Assembly (NCBI GenBank): GCA_052327205.1
Contig: CM126207.1
Location: 183,272,001 to 183,336,000, forward strand
Source: Somniosus microcephalus
Taxonomy: Eukaryota
Reading direction: 5' to 3'
DNA length: 64,000 nucleotides
A program made the translations under genes and the position numbers. The notes below the pieces were generated by a model. It searched no databases. It saw only the letters and a list, made by a program, of their open reading frames with translations, and was not told where the DNA came from. Of this stretch, positions 36,157 through 51,599 are shown in pieces; position 1 is the first letter of the stretch; the number at the start of each line of letters is the position of its first letter.

Positions 36157-39100
36157 CCGGTATAGAGACTGCTCGGTGTGGAGACCGCCCGGTATAGAGA
36201 CCAACCATTATAAAGACTGCCCGGTATAGAGACCACCCATTATAGAGACCATCAGGTATAGTGACTGCCCAGTGCAGAGACTGCCCAGTATACAGAATGC
36301 CCGGTATAGAGACTGCTCAGTGTGGAGACCGCCCAATATAGAGACCGCCCGGTATAAAGACTGCCCGGTATAGATACCGTCCTGTATAGAAACTGCCTGG
36401 TGTGGAGACCGTCCGGTATAGAGACCACCCTGTATAGAGACTGCCTGGTATAGAGACCATTCTGTATAGAGAGAGCCCGGTATAGGGACCGCCCGGTATA
36501 GACACCACTCATTATAGAGACTGCCTGGTATAGAGATTGCCCAGTATAGAGACAGCACGTAGTGGAGACTGCCCGTTATAGAAACTGCCTGTTATAAACC
36601 CCCGATATAGAGACCGCCCAGTAAAGAGTTCATCTGGTATATAGACCAATCGGTATAGAGACCACCTGGTATAGAGACCATCCAGTATAGAGACCGCCCA
36701 GTGTGGTGACCACCCGGTATAGGCCACACTTTGAGTAGAGACAGCCCGGTATCGAGACTGTCCAGTGTAGAAACAGTCCAGAATAGAGACCACCCAGTAT
36801 AGAGGCCATACGTTATAGAGTCCTCCCGGTAAAGTGTCCTCCCAGTATACAGTCATCCCAGTATAGAATCCTCCCAGAATGGAGTCCTCCCGGTATGGAG
36901 CCCTCCCAGTATGGAGTCCTCCCGTTATGGAGTCCTCCCGGTATAGGGACTGCCCGGTATAGGGACCGCCCGGTGTAGAGACCGTCTGGAATAGAGACCA
37001 CCAATAAACAGCCCGGAGTGGAGATCGCCTGGTGTGGAGACCGCCCTGCGTGGAGACCACCCGGCGTGGAGACCGCATGATATGAAGACCGTCCGGTATA
37101 GAGACCACCTGTTTTGGAGACCACTTGGTATAGAGACCGCCCGGTTTGGAGACCGCCCGGCGTGGAGACTGCCCGGCATAGAGAGCGTCCGGTATAGAGG
37201 CCGCCCGGTAAAGGGACCGCCCAGTTTAGAGACCGCCCGGTGTGGAGTCTGTCCGGTATACAGACCACCCAGTTTAGAGACCGCCCGGTGTGGAGGCCGT
37301 CCGGTATACAGACCACCCGGTTTAGAGACTGCCCGGTATAGAGATCGCCCAGAGTGGTCACCGCCCAGTATAGTGACTCTTCGGTGTTGTCAGCACCCGG
37401 TATTGAGACTGCCTGGCATAGAGACTGCCCGGTATAGAGATCGCCCACTATAGAGACCGCTCGGTATAGAGTCCATCCGGTGTGGAGACTGTCCCGTATA
37501 GAGACCGCCCGTTATAGAGACAGTCCATTATAGAGATCGCCCGGTGCAGAGACCGCCCGGTATAGCGCGTGCCCAGAATAGAGATGCCCGGTATAGAGAC
37601 CGTCTGGTGTAGAGTCCGCCTGGTATAGAGACCGCTTTGAGTAGAAACAGCCCGGTATCGAGACTGTCCAGTATAGAAACAGTCCACAATAGAGACCGCC
37701 CAGTATAGAGAACGCACGTTATAGAGTCCTCCCGGTATAGATTCCTCCCAGTATAGAGTCGTCCCAGTATAGAGTCCTCCCGGAATGGAGTCCTCCCGGT
37801 ATGGAGTCCTCCCAGTATTAAGTCCTCCCGGTGTGGAGTCCTCCCGGTATAGGGACCGCCCGGTATAGGGACTGCCCGGTATAGAGACCGTCTGGTATAG
37901 AAACCACCAATAAACAGCCCGGAGTTGAGACTGCCTGGTGTGGAGACCGCCCGGTGTGGAGACCACCCAGCGTGGAGACCGCATGATATAGAGACCACCC
38001 GGTATAGAGACCGCCCGGTATGGAGACTGCTTGGTGTAGAGACCGCCCGGTTTGGAGACCGCCTGGCGTGGAGACCGTCCGGCATAGAGAGCTTCCGGTA
38101 TAGAGACCACCCGATATAGGGACCGCCCGGTTTAGAGACCGCCTGGTGTGGAGACAGCCCGGTATACAGACCACCCGGTTTAGAGACTGCCTGGTATAGA
38201 GATTGCCCAGAGTGGTCACCGCCCGGTATAGTGACTTTTCAGTGTGCTCACCACCCGGTATTGAGACTGCCCGGCATAGAGACCGCCCGGTATAGAGATC
38301 GCCCACTATAGAGACCACTCGGTATAGAGTCCATCCGGTGTGGAGACTGTCCTGTATAGAGACCACCCGATATAGAGACAGTCCGCTATAGAGTCCATCC
38401 GGTATAGAGACCATACGTTATAGAGACCATCCAGTATAGAGACCGCCCGGTGTGGAGACGGTCCAGCATACAGACCACCCATTATAGAGAGCGCATGGTA
38501 TAGGGACCGCCCAGTATAGGGACCACCCAGTAAATGACCAGCCATTAAACAGATCACCTGGTATAGGGACTGCCCGGTATTGAGACCTCCCGGTATAGAG
38601 AGCGCCCAGTATAGAGACCGCCCGGTATAGAGAATACCTGGTGTGGTGACCACCTGGTATAGCGACCACCCGGTATAAAGACGGCCTGGTATAGAAACCG
38701 CCTTGTATAGAGATAGTCCGGTATAGTGACTGCATGGTTCACAGGCTGCTTGGTATACACAATGCCCAGTATAAAGCCCACACGGTATAGAGGCCGCTCG
38801 GTGTGGAGTCCGCTCATTGTGGGGACCGCCCGGTATAAAGACCACCTGGTATAGAGACCGTCCAGTATAGAAACCGCCCGGTGTGGAGATGTCCGGTAAA
38901 GGGACCACCCAGTATATAGACTGCCTGGGATAGAGACCAGCCAGTTTATAGGCAGCCCAGTATGGGGACCGGATCCCGGTATAGACACCACTCATTATAG
39001 AGACTACCCAGCATAGAGATTGCCCAGTATAGAGACAGCCTGTTGTGGAGACAGCCTGGTATAGAGACAGCTCAGTATGGAGACCGTCCGGTGTGGTTAC

Positions 39101-42100
39101 CGCCCAGTATAGAGATCGGCCACTATAGAGACCGCCAATATAGAAACCGTCCGGTGTAGAGACCACCCGGTATAGAGACAGTCCGGTCTAAAGACCGCCC
39201 AGGGTGGAGACCACCCGGTACAGAGATTGTCCTGTATACAGACCACCTGGTATACAGACCACCCGGTATAGAGACCATCCAGTATAGAGACCACACGGTA
39301 TAGAGACCACACGGTATAGAGACCACACGGTATAGAGACCATCCAGTATACAGCCCACCTGGTATAGAGACCACCTGGTATAGAGACCATCCTGTATAAA
39401 CACCGCCCGGTGTGGAGACTTTCCACTATAGAGACCGCCCGGTATAGAGACTGCATGGTAAAGAGACCACCCGGTATAGAGACCGCCCGGTGTGGAGTCT
39501 GTCCAGTATAGAGACAGCTTGGTGTAGAGACAGCCCGGTATTGAGACTGTCCAGTACAGAAACAGTCCAGAATTGAGATCGCCCAGTTTAGAGTCCGCAC
39601 GTTATAGACATCACCCGATAGAGAGAACGCCCGGTATAGAAACCATGTGGTATAGAGACAGTCCTGTATAGAGAGCTCCCGGTATAGAGTCTGCCTGGTA
39701 TAGAGACCGTCTGGTATAGAGTCTGTCCAGTATAGAACCAGTCCAGAATAGAGAGCGCCCGGTATAGAGAGCGACTGGTATAGAGACCACTCATGAGGAG
39801 TCCACCCGGTATAGAGACCGTCCGGTATAGAGGACGTCCGGTATGGAAACTGCCCGGTGTGGAGATGGTCCGGTGTAGAGACCACCCATTATAGGGACTG
39901 CCCGGTAAAGAGACCGTCCGTTATAGAGACAGCCCGGTATAGGGACCCCCCGATATAGAGACCGTCCAGTATATAGATCGCCTGGTATAAAGACCGCCCG
40001 GTATACAGACAGCTCGGTATGGAGGCCACCCGGTATAAAGGCTGCCTGGTATAGAGAGCATCCAGTGAGGAGACCACCCGATATAGAGACCGTCCTGTAT
40101 AGAGAACACCCGGTATAGAGACCGTCCGGTATAGAGACTGCCCGGTATAGTGACCGTCCGGTATAGTGACTGCCCGGTGCAGAGAATGCCCGGTATACAG
40201 TATGCCCGGTATAAAGACCACCCGGTATAGAGACCAATCAGTGTGGAGACCGGCCGGTATAGAGACCGCCCGGTATAGAGACCGTCAGGTATAGTGACTG
40301 CCCAGTGCAGAGACTGCCCGGTATGCAGAACGCCCGGTATAAAGACTGCCCAGTATAGAGACTGATCAGTGTGGAGAACGCCAAGTATAGAGACTGCCCG
40401 GTATAAAAAAGGCCCGGTTTAGAGACCATCCTGTATAGAAACCGCCCAGTGTGGAGACCGTCCGGTATAGAGACCACCCAGTATAGAGACTGCCTGGTAT
40501 AGAGAACATTCAATATAGAGACAGCCCGGTATAGGGAACCCCCAATATAGAGACCATCCGGTATATAGATCGCCTGGTATAAAGACCGCCCGGTATACAG
40601 ACAGCTCGGTGTCGAGGCCACCCGGTATAAAGACTGCCCGGTATAGAGAGCATCCGGTGAGGAGACCACCCGATATAGAGACCGTCCTGTATAGAGAACA
40701 CCCGGTATAGAGACTGCCCAGTAAAGTGACCGTCCGGTATAGTGACTGCCCGGTGCACAGAATGCCCGGTATACAGTATGCCCGGTATAAAGACCAACCG
40801 ATATAGAGACCAATCAGTGTGGAGACCGGCCGGTATTGAGACCGCCCGGTATAGAGACTGTCAGGTATAGTGACTGCCCAGTGCAGAGACTGCCCGGTAT
40901 GCAGAACGCCCGGTATAAAGACTGCCCGGTATAGAGACTGCTCAGTGTGGAGACCACCCAGTATAGCGACTACCCGGTATAAAGAAGGCCCAGTATAGAG
41001 ACCATCCTGTGTAGAAACCACCCAGTGTGGAGGCCGTCCGGTATAGAGACCACCCAGTATAGAGACTGCCTGGTATAGAGAACATTCAATATAGGGACCG
41101 CCCGGTATAGACACCGCTCGTTAGCGAGACTGCCCGGTATAGAGATTGCCGAGTACAGAGACAGCACATAGTGGAGACCACCTGGTATAGAGACTGCCCG
41201 TTATAGACCCCCGATATAGAGACTGTCCAGTTAAGAGTTCACCTGGTATATAGACCAGCCGGTATAGAGACTGCGTGGTATAGAGACCATCCGATATAGA
41301 GACCGCCATGTGTGGCGACTTTACACTATATGGACCGCCCGGTATAGAGACCACCTGGTAAAGATACTGCCTGGTTTAGAGATCGCCTGGTGTGGTGACC
41401 GCCCGGTATAGTGACCTCTTTGTGTAGAGACAGCCCGATATCAAGACTGTCCAGTATAGAAACATTCTGGAATAGAGACCGCCCAGTATAGAGACCGCAC
41501 GGTATAGACATTGCCCGATATAAAGAATGCCTGGTATAGAAACTGCGTGGTATAGAGACAGTCCAGTATAGAGAGCTCCCGGTATAGTGACCGTCCGGTA
41601 TAGTGACTGCTCGGTGCAGAGACTGCCTGGTATACAGTATGCCCGGTATAAAGGCCACCCGGATTAGAGACCAATCAGTGTGGAGACCGCCCGGTATAAA
41701 GACCGCCCAGTATAGAGACCGCCCGGTATAGAGACCGTCAGGTATAGTGACTGCCCAATGCAGAGACTGCCCGGTATACAGAACGACCGGTATAGAGACT
41801 GCTCGGTGTGGAGACCACCCGGTATAGAGACCGCCCGGTATAAAGACCACCCAGTATAGAGACCGCCCGGTATAGAGACCGTCAGGTATAGTGACTGCCC
41901 AGTGCAGAGACTGAGCGGTATACAGAATGCGCAGTATAGAGACTGCTCAGTGTGGAGACCACCCAGTACAGAGACCGCCTGGTATAAAGACAGCCCGGTA
42001 TAGATAACATCCTGTATAGAAACTGCCCGGTGTGGAGACCGTCCGGTATAGTGACCACCCTGTATAGAGACTGCCTGGTATAGAAACAATTCTGTATAGA

Positions 42101-43199
42101 GACAGCCCGGTATAGGGATCGCCCGGTATAGACACCGCTCGTTATAGAGACTGCCCAGTATAGAGATTGCCCAGTATAGAGACAGCACATAGTGGAGACA
42201 GCCCAGTATAGAGACCGCCCATTATAGAGACTGCCCGGTATAGAGATTGCCCAGTATAGAGACAGCACATACGGTATAGAGACTGCCCGTTATAAACACC
42301 CGATATAGAGACTGTCCAGTAAAGAGTTCGCATGGTATATAGACCACCCGGTATGGAGACCGCCTGGTATAGTGACCGCTTTGAGTAGAGACAGCCCGGT
42401 ATCGAGACTGTCCAGTATAGAAACAGTTCAGAAGAGAGACCGCCCAGTATAGAGACCTCCCAGAATGGAGTCCTCCCAGTATGGTGTCCTCCCGGTATGG
42501 AGTCCTCCCGGTATGGAGTCCTCCCGGTATAGGGACTGCCCAGTATAGGGACCGCCCGGTGTAGAGACTGTCTGGTATAGAGACCACCAATAAACAGCCC
42601 GGAGTGGAGACTGCCCGGTATGGAGACCGCATGATATAGAGACCATCCGGTATAGAGACCGCCCGGTATGGAGACTGCTTGGTATAGAGACCGTCCGGTA
42701 TAGAGACCACCCTGTATAGAGACTGCCCAGTTTGCAGACCGCCCGGCGTGGAGACCTACCATCGTGTAGACTGCCCGGCGTGGAGACCGCATGATATAGA
42801 GGCCATCCGGTATAAAGACTGCCTGGTATGGAGACCGCTTGGTATATAGACGGTCCGGTATAGAGACCGCCCGGTATAGAGACTGCCCGGCTTGGAGACC
42901 ACCTGGCGTGGAGACCGCCCAGCATAGAGGGCGTCCAGTATAGAGACCGCCTGGTATAGGGACTGCCCGGTTTAGAGACCGCCCAGTGTGGATACTGTCT
43001 GGTATACAGACCACCCAGGTTTAGAGACCGCCCGGTGTGGAGACCGTCCGGTATACACACCAGCCGGTTTAGAGACTGCCCGGTATAGTGATCGCTCGGA
43101 GTGGACACCGCCCGGTATAGTGACTGTTCGGTGTGGTCACCGCCCGGTATTGAGACTGCCCGGCATAGAAACTGCCCGGTATAGAGATTGCCCACTATA

Positions 43200-46100
43200 G
43201 AGACCACTCGGTATAGAGTCCATCCGGTGTGGAGACTGTCCTGTATAGAGACCGCCCGTTATAGAGACTGTCCGCTATTGAGATCGCCCTGTATAGAGAC
43301 TGCCCGGTATAGAGCGCGCCCAGAATAGAGATACCCGGTATAGAGACCGTCCGGTGTAAAGTCCGCCTGGTACAGAGACCACCCGGTATAGAAAACACCC
43401 AGTATAGAGACAACCCGGCATAGAGGCTGCCCGGTGTGGAGACCGTCCAGTATAGAGACCGCCTGATATAGCCACCATCTGGTATAGAGACCGCCCAATA
43501 TAGAGACTGTCCGGTGTGGTCATTTCCTTGTATAGAGACTGCCTGGTATAGAGACCGCCCGGTGTGGGGACTGCCCACTATAGAGACTGCCCGGTATAGA
43601 GACTGCTCGGTATAGAGACTGCCCAGCATAGAGGTCGCCCACTATAGCGACCGCCTAGTATAGAGACCATCCAGTGTGGGGACTGTCCTGTATAGAGACC
43701 GCCTGATATAGAGACAGTCCACTATAGAGTCCGTCCGGCATAGAGACCATAAGGAGTAGAGACCATCCAGTATAGAGACCGCCCGGTGTGGAGTCCGTCC
43801 AGTATACAGACCACCCATTATAGAGACCGCATGGTATAGGGACCACCGAGTATTGGGACCGCCCAGTAAAGTGACCAGCCAGTAAACATTCCACCTGGTA
43901 TAGGGACTGCCCGGTATAGAGACCACCCGGTATAGAGAACGCCCAGTATTGAGACCACACGGTATAGAGAATACCTGGTGTGGTGGCTGCCTGGTATAGA
44001 GACCGCCCGGTATAAAGATGGCCCATATAGAGACCGCCTTGTATAGAGACAGTCCGGTATAGTGACTGCACGGTGCAGAGGCTGCTTGGTATACAGAACG
44101 CCCAGTATAAAGACGACACGGTATAGGGACCACTTGGTGTGGAGACCGCTTGGTGTGGGAACTGCCCGGCATAGAGACCACCCGGTATAAAGACCATCCG
44201 GTACAGAAACCGCTCGTTGTGGAAACTGTCCAGTATAGGGACCACCCAGTATAGAAACTGCCTGGTATAGAAACCAGTCAGTATAGAGACAGCCCAGTAT
44301 AGGGACCAGCTCCCGGTATAGACACCACTCATTATAGAGACTGCCCAGTATAGAGATTGCCCAGTATAGAGACAGCCTGTTGTGGAGACAGCCCGGTATA
44401 GCGACAGCTCAGTATGGAGACCGTCTGGTGTGGTTACCGCCCGGTATAGAGACCGCCCGATATAGAGATTGTCCGCGGTGCTCAGTGCCCAGTATAGAGA
44501 CTGCCTGGTATAGAGACCGCCCAGTTTACAGATCGCCCACTATAGAGACCACCCGGTATAGCGACCATCCGGTGTGGGGATTGTCCTGTATAGAGACCAC
44601 CCGATGTAGATACAGTCCGCTATAGAGATTGCCCGGTATAGAGACCACCCGGTATAGAGCGCGCCCAGTATAGAGAATGTCCAGTGTAGATTCTGCCTGG
44701 TATAGAGACCACCCAGTATAGAAAACACCCGGTATAGAGACAACCCGGCATAGAGAATGCCTGGTTTGGAGACTGCCCAGTATAGAGACCGCCTGATATA
44801 GCCACCGTCTGGTATAGAGAGCGTCCGCTATAGAGACAGCCCGTAAAGGGAGTGCCCGGTATAGAGACCGCCTGATGTAGAGACTGTCCGGTGTGGTCAT
44901 TTCCTGGTATAGAGACTGCCCAGTATAGAGACCGCCCGGTGTGGGGACTGCCCGGTATAGAGACTGCCCGGTATAGAGACTGCCCAGCATAGAGATCGCC
45001 CACTATAGAGACCGCCTGGTATAGACACCATCTGGTGTGGGGTCTGTCCTGTATAAAGACCGCCCGATATAGACACAGTCCGCTCTAGAGTCCGTCCGGT
45101 ATAGAGACCATATGGTATAGAGACCATCCAGTATAGAGACCGCCCAGTGTGGAGACCGTCCAATATACAGACCGCTCATTATAGAGACCGCATGGTATAG
45201 GGACCGCCCAGTATAGGGACCACCCAGTAAAGTGGCCAGCTGGTAAATATACCACCTGGTATAGGGACTGCCCAGTATAGAGACCACCCGGTATAGAGAC
45301 TGCCCAGTATTGAGACCGCCCAGTATAGAGGATACCTGGTGTGGTGACTGCCTGTTATAGAGACCGCCCGGTATAAAGATGGCCCGGTGTAGAGACTGCC
45401 TTGTATAGCGATAGACTGGTATAGTGACTGCATGGTGCAGAGGCTGCTTGGTATACAGAACGCCCAGTATAAAGACCACACTGTATAGGGACCGCTCGGT
45501 GTGGAGACCGCTTGGTGTGGGGACTGCCCGGCATTAGGACCACCCGGCATAAAGACCATCTGGTATTGAAACCACCCGTTGTGGAGACTGTCCAGTATAG
45601 AGACCACCCAGTATAAAGACTGCCTGGTATAGAGACCAGCCAGTGTAGAGACAGCCCAGTATAGGGACCGGGTTCCGGTATAGACACCACTCATTATAGA
45701 GACTGCCCAGTATAGAGATTGCACAGTATAGAGACAGCCTGTTGTGGAGACGGCCCGGTATAGAGACAGTTCAGTTTGGAGACCGTCTGGTGTGGTTACC
45801 GCCCAGTAAAGAGACTGCCCGGTAGAGAGACCACTATAGAGACCACCCGGTATAGTGACCATCTGGTGTGGGGACTGTCTGGTATAGAGAGTGCCCGGTA
45901 TAGAGAATGCCCAGTATAGAGCTCGCCTACTATAGAGACCGCCCAGTATAGAGACCATCCGGTGTGGAGACTCTCCTGTATAGAGACCACCTGATGTAGA
46001 GACAGTCCGCTATAGAGATCAGCTGGAATAGAGACCGCCTGGTATAGAGACCGTCCAGTGTAAAGTCTGCCTGGTATAGAGACCACCCGGTATAGCAAAC

Positions 46101-47500
46101 ACCCGGTATAGAGACAACCCAGCATACAGACTGCCCAGTGTGGAGACCGCCCAGTATAGAGACCACGTGATATAGCCACCGTCTGGTATAGAGAGGGTCC
46201 GCTATAGGGACAGCCCATATAGGGAGCGCCCGGAATAGAGACCGCCCAATATAGAGACTGTCTGGTGTGATCATTTCCTGGTATAGAGGCTGCCCGGTAT
46301 AGAGGCCGCCCGGTGTGGGGACTGCCTGATATAGAGACTGCCCGGTATAGAGACTGCCCGGTATAGAGACTGCCCAGCATAGAGATCGCCCACTATAGAG
46401 ACTGCCTGGTATAGAGACCATCCGGTGTGGGGACTGTCCTGTATAGAGACCACCCAATATAGAGACAGTCCGCTATGGAGTCCGTCCGGTATAGAGACCA
46501 TACGGTAAAGAGACCATCCAGTATAGAGACCGCCCAGTGTGGAGACCATCCAATATACAGACCACCCATTATAGAGACCGCATGGTATAGGGACCGCCCA
46601 GTATAGGGACCGCCCAGTAAAGTGACCAGCCGGTAAACATACCACCTGGTATAGGGACTGCCCAGTATATAGACCACCTGGTATACAGACCGCCCAGTAT
46701 AGAGACCGCCCAGTATAGAGAATACCTGATGTGGTGACCGCCTGGTATAGAGACCGCCCGGTATAAAGATGGCCCATATAGAGACCGCCTTGTATAGAGA
46801 TAGTCCAGTGTAGTGACTGCACGGTGCAGAGGCTGCTTGGTATAAAGTATATATGGACATCTCAGTGTGGAGACTGCTCAGTGTGGGGACTGCCCGGCAT
46901 AGAGACCACCCGCTATAAAGACCAACCAGTATAGAAACTGCCCATTGTGGAGACTGTCCAGTATAGAGACCACCCAGTATGGAGACTGCCTTGTATAGAG
47001 ACCAGCCAGTATAGAGACAGCCCAGTATAGGGACCGGGTCCCGGTATAGACACCACTCATTATAGAGACTGCCCAGTATAGAGATTGCCCAGTATAGAGA
47101 CAGCCTGTTGTGGAGACAACCCGGTATAGAGACAGCTCGGTATGGAGATTGTCCGGTGTGGTTACCGCCCGGTATAGAGACTGCCCAGTATGAAGACCAC
47201 CCGGTATAGAGATCGGCCACTATACAGACCGCCCAGCATAGAAACCATCCGGTATAGAGCCCACCCGGTATAGAGACCGCCCAGTATAGAAACTGCCCAG
47301 TGTGGAAACTGTCCGGTATAGAGACTGCCTGGTATAGAGACCGCCCGATATAGAGACTGTCCGGTGTGGTCACTGCCCAGTATACAGACTGCCTGGTATA
47401 GAGACCGCCCAGTTTAGAGATCGCCCACTATAGAATCCACCCAGAATAGCGACCATCTGGTGTGGGGACTGTCCGGTATAGAGAGCGCCCGGTATAGAGA
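43200..47500. repeat. About three diverged copies of a ~1.36-1.39 kb higher-order unit
   Basis: Landmark GACAGCCTGTTGTGGAGAC at ~44371, ~45732 and ~47099; ORF ends at 43642, 45003 and 46393. Confidence 0.75.
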
Positions 47501-50500
47501 CGGCCCAGTATAGAGATCGCCCACTATAGAGACCGCCCAGTATAGAGACCATCCGGTGTGGGGACTGTCCTGTATAGCGACCGCCCGATGTAGAGACAGT
47601 CTGTTATAGAGACCGTCCGGTATAGAGACCACATGGTATAGAGACCATCCGGTATAGAGACTAGCCAGTGTGGAGGCTTTCTGCTATAGAGACCGCCCAG
47701 TATAGAGACCGCCTGGTATTGACACCACCCAGTTTAGAGACTTAGAGACCGCCCGGTGTGGAGACCGCATGGTATAGACATCGCCCGATATAGAGACTGC
47801 CCAGAATAGAGACTGCCCGATATGTACACCATCCGGTATAGAGACCGTCTAGTATAGAGACAGTCTGGTAGAGAGACCACATGATATAGGGACCGCCCGG
47901 TATAGAGACCGCCCAGTATAGTGACTGCCTGGTATAGAGACCGCACAGTATAGAGACTGCCCTGTATAGTGGCCATCTGGTATAGGGACCGCCCTGTATA
48001 GAGACCATCCGGTGTGGATACCACCTGGTATTGAGATCGCCCAGTACAGAGAGCATCCGGAATAGAGACCACCTGGGATACAGACCACCCGGTATCAAGA
48101 CCATCTGGTATAGGGACCGCACAGTATAGAATCCATCCAGTATAGAGACCACCTGGTATAGAGACCGCATGGTATCGAGACTGCCCAGTATAGGGACCGC
48201 CCAGTATAGTGACCAGCCGGTAAACAGACCACCTGGTATAAGGATCGTCCGGTATAGAGACCACACGGTATAGAGACTGCCCGGTATAGAGAATGTCTGG
48301 TGTGGTGACCACCTGGTATAGAGACCGCCCGATATAGAGACTGCTCGGTGTAGAGACAGCCCGATATCGAGACTGTCCAGTATAGAAATAGTCCGGAATA
48401 GAGACCGCCCAGTATAGAGACCACACGGTATAGACATTGCCCGATATAGAGAACACCCGGTATAGAAAACGCATGGTATAGAGACAGTCTGGTATAGACA
48501 ATGCCCGGTATAACGACCACCCGGTATAGAGATTGTCCAGTATAGAAGCAGTCCAGAATAGAGACCGCTCGGTATAGAAACCATCCAGTGTGGAGACTGT
48601 CCGGTATAGAGACCGCCCATTATACAGACCGCCCATTATAGAGACCGCCCTTTATAGAGACAGTCTGTGATAGAGACCACCTGGTATAGAGACCGCCCGG
48701 TATAGAGAGTGTGCGGTATCGAGACCACTCGGTTTAGAGACCGCTCGGTATAGAGACCACCCTATATAGAGACCAACCTTTATAGAGACTGCCTGGTATA
48801 AAGACCGGCCGGTTTAGAGACCGCCTGGTGTGGAGACCGTCTGGTATACAGACCACCCAGTATAGAGACCGCATGGTATAGAGACTGCCGAGTATATGGA
48901 CTGCCAGTATAGAGACCACCCGGTAAACAGACCACTCGGTATAGGGACCGCCCGGTATAGAGATGACCCAGTATAGAGACTGCCCGATATAGAGGTTGCC
49001 CAGTACCGAGACAGCCCGGAGTGGAGACTGCCCAGTATAGCGACCGGCCAGTATAGAGATCACCCGCTATAGAGACCACCCAGTATAGAGACCTTCTGGT
49101 GTGGAGATTGTCCAATATAGAGATGACCTGGTATAGAGACCGCCCAGTTTAGAGACCGTCCGGTAGGTAGACCGTCCGGTGTGGAGACCGCAAGGTATAG
49201 AGACCCCCGATATAGTGACAGTCCGCTATAGAGACCGCCTGGTATAGAGACCACCCAGTATAGTGAGTGCACGGGATAGAGACCGCTCGGCTTGGAGACC
49301 ACCCAGTGTGGAAACAGTCAGGTATACAGACCACCCAGTATAGAGACTGCCCGGCATAGAGACCACCCATTATAGAGACTGTCCAGTATGTAGACTATCC
49401 GGTGTGGAGACTGCACGGTACAGAGACCATCCGGTATGGTGACCATCCAGTATATAGACCCCCAATATAGAGTCCGTCCAGTATAGAGACTGCCTGGTAT
49501 AGAGGCCATCCGTTACAGAGACCACCCGGTGTGGAGACTTTCCACTATAGAGACCGCCCGGTATAGAGACCGCTCAGCACAGAGAGTGACTGGGATAGAG
49601 ACCATTCAGCTTAGAGACCACCCAGTGTGGAAACGGTCAGGTATACAGACCACCCGGTATAGAGACTGCCCAGTATAGCGGCCACCCATTATAGAGACTG
49701 TCCAGTATGTAGACCATCTGGTGTGGAGACCACATGGTACAGAGACCATCTGGTATGGAGACCATCCAGTATATAGACCCACGATATAGAGACCACCCAG
49801 TATGGAGACTGCCTGGTATAGAGACCATCCAGTACAGAGACCGCCCAGTGTGGAGACTTTCCACTATAGAGACCGCCCGATTTAGAGACCGCCTGGTAAA
49901 GAGACTGCCCGGTTTAGAGACATCCCGGTGTGGAGACCATCCAGTATAAAGACCACCCAGTATAGAGACCACATGGTATACAGACCGCCTAGTATAGGCA
50001 CCGCCCAGTATAGAAACCACCCAGAATAGAGGCTGCTTGGTGTAGAGACAGCCCGGTATCGAGACTGTCCAGTATAGAAAAAGTCCGGAATAGAGACCGC
50101 CCAGTTTAGAGAACGCATGGCATAGAGACTGTCCAGTATAGAAACAGTCCGTAATAGAGAGCACCCAGTATAGAGGGTGACTGGTATAGAAACCACTCAT
50201 GAGGAGTCCACCCGGTATAGAGACCGCCTGGTATAGAGCCCATCCAGTATGGAAACCGCCCGGTGTGGAGATGGTCCAGTATAGAGACCACTCATTATAG
50301 AGACTGCCCAGTAAAGAGACCGTCTGGTATAGAGACAGCCCAGTTTAGGGACCCCCCGATAAAGAGACTGTCCGGAATATAGATCGCCCGGTATAAAGAC
50401 TGCCCAGTATAGAGAGCATCCGGTGAGGAGACCGCCTGATATGGAGACCGTCCTGTATAGAGAACACCCGGTATAGAGACCCTCCATTATAGAGACCACC

Positions 50501-51599
50501 CGGTATAGTGACCATCCGGTATAGTGACTGCCCGGTGCAGCGACTGCTCAGTATACAGTATGCCCAGTATAAAGACCACCCATTATAGAGATCAATCGGT
50601 GTGGAGACCGGCCGATATAGAGACCGCCCAGGATAAAGACAATCTGATATAGAGACAACCTCCTATAGAGACCATCCGGTATAGAGACTGCACGGTGCAG
50701 GGACTGCCCGGTATACAGAAAGCCCGTTATAAAGACTGCCCGGTATAGAGACCACTCAGTGTGGAGACCGCCCAGTATAGAGACAGCCCGGTATAAAGAC
50801 CGCTCGGTATAGATACCGTCCTATATAGAAACTGCCGGAGTGGAGCACATCTGGTATAGAGACTGCCCAATATAGAGACCACCTGGCATAGAGACCGCCT
50901 GGTGTGGAGACCTCCTGGTATAGAGACTGCCCTGTATAGAGACCGAACGATATGTACACCATCTGGTATAGAGACAGTCCGGTATAGAGACCACATGGTA
51001 TAGAGACCGCCCGGTATAGAGACAGCCCGGTATAAAGACCGCTCGGTATAGATACCATCCTATATAGAAACTGCCCGTGTGGAGCCCATCCGGTATGGAG
51101 ACTGCCCAATATAGAGACCACCCGGCATAGAGACTGCCTGATGTGGAGACCGCCCGGTATAGAGACTGTCCGGTATAGAGGCCGACCAATATGTACGCCA
51201 TCTGGTATAGACACAGTCCGGTATAGAGACCACATGGTATAGGGACAGCCCGGTGTGGAGACTGCCTGGTATAGAGATCGCCCAGTATAGGGACCGCCCG
51301 GTATAGAGACCACACAGTATAGAGGCCACCTGGTATGGGGCCGCACGGTATAGAGACCGCCCGGTGTGGAGACTGCCCAGTGTGGAGACCACCCGGTGTG
51401 GAGACTGCCCGGTGTGGAGACCGCCCAGTGTGGAGACCGCCCGCTCCAGAGACCGTCCGGTATACAGACCACCCGGTATAAAGACCACCCGGTATAGAGA
51501 CTATCCAGTATAGAGACCACATGGTATAGAAACCACACAGTATAGAGACCACATGGTATAGAGAACATCCAGTATGGAGGCCACCCGGTATAGAAAACA

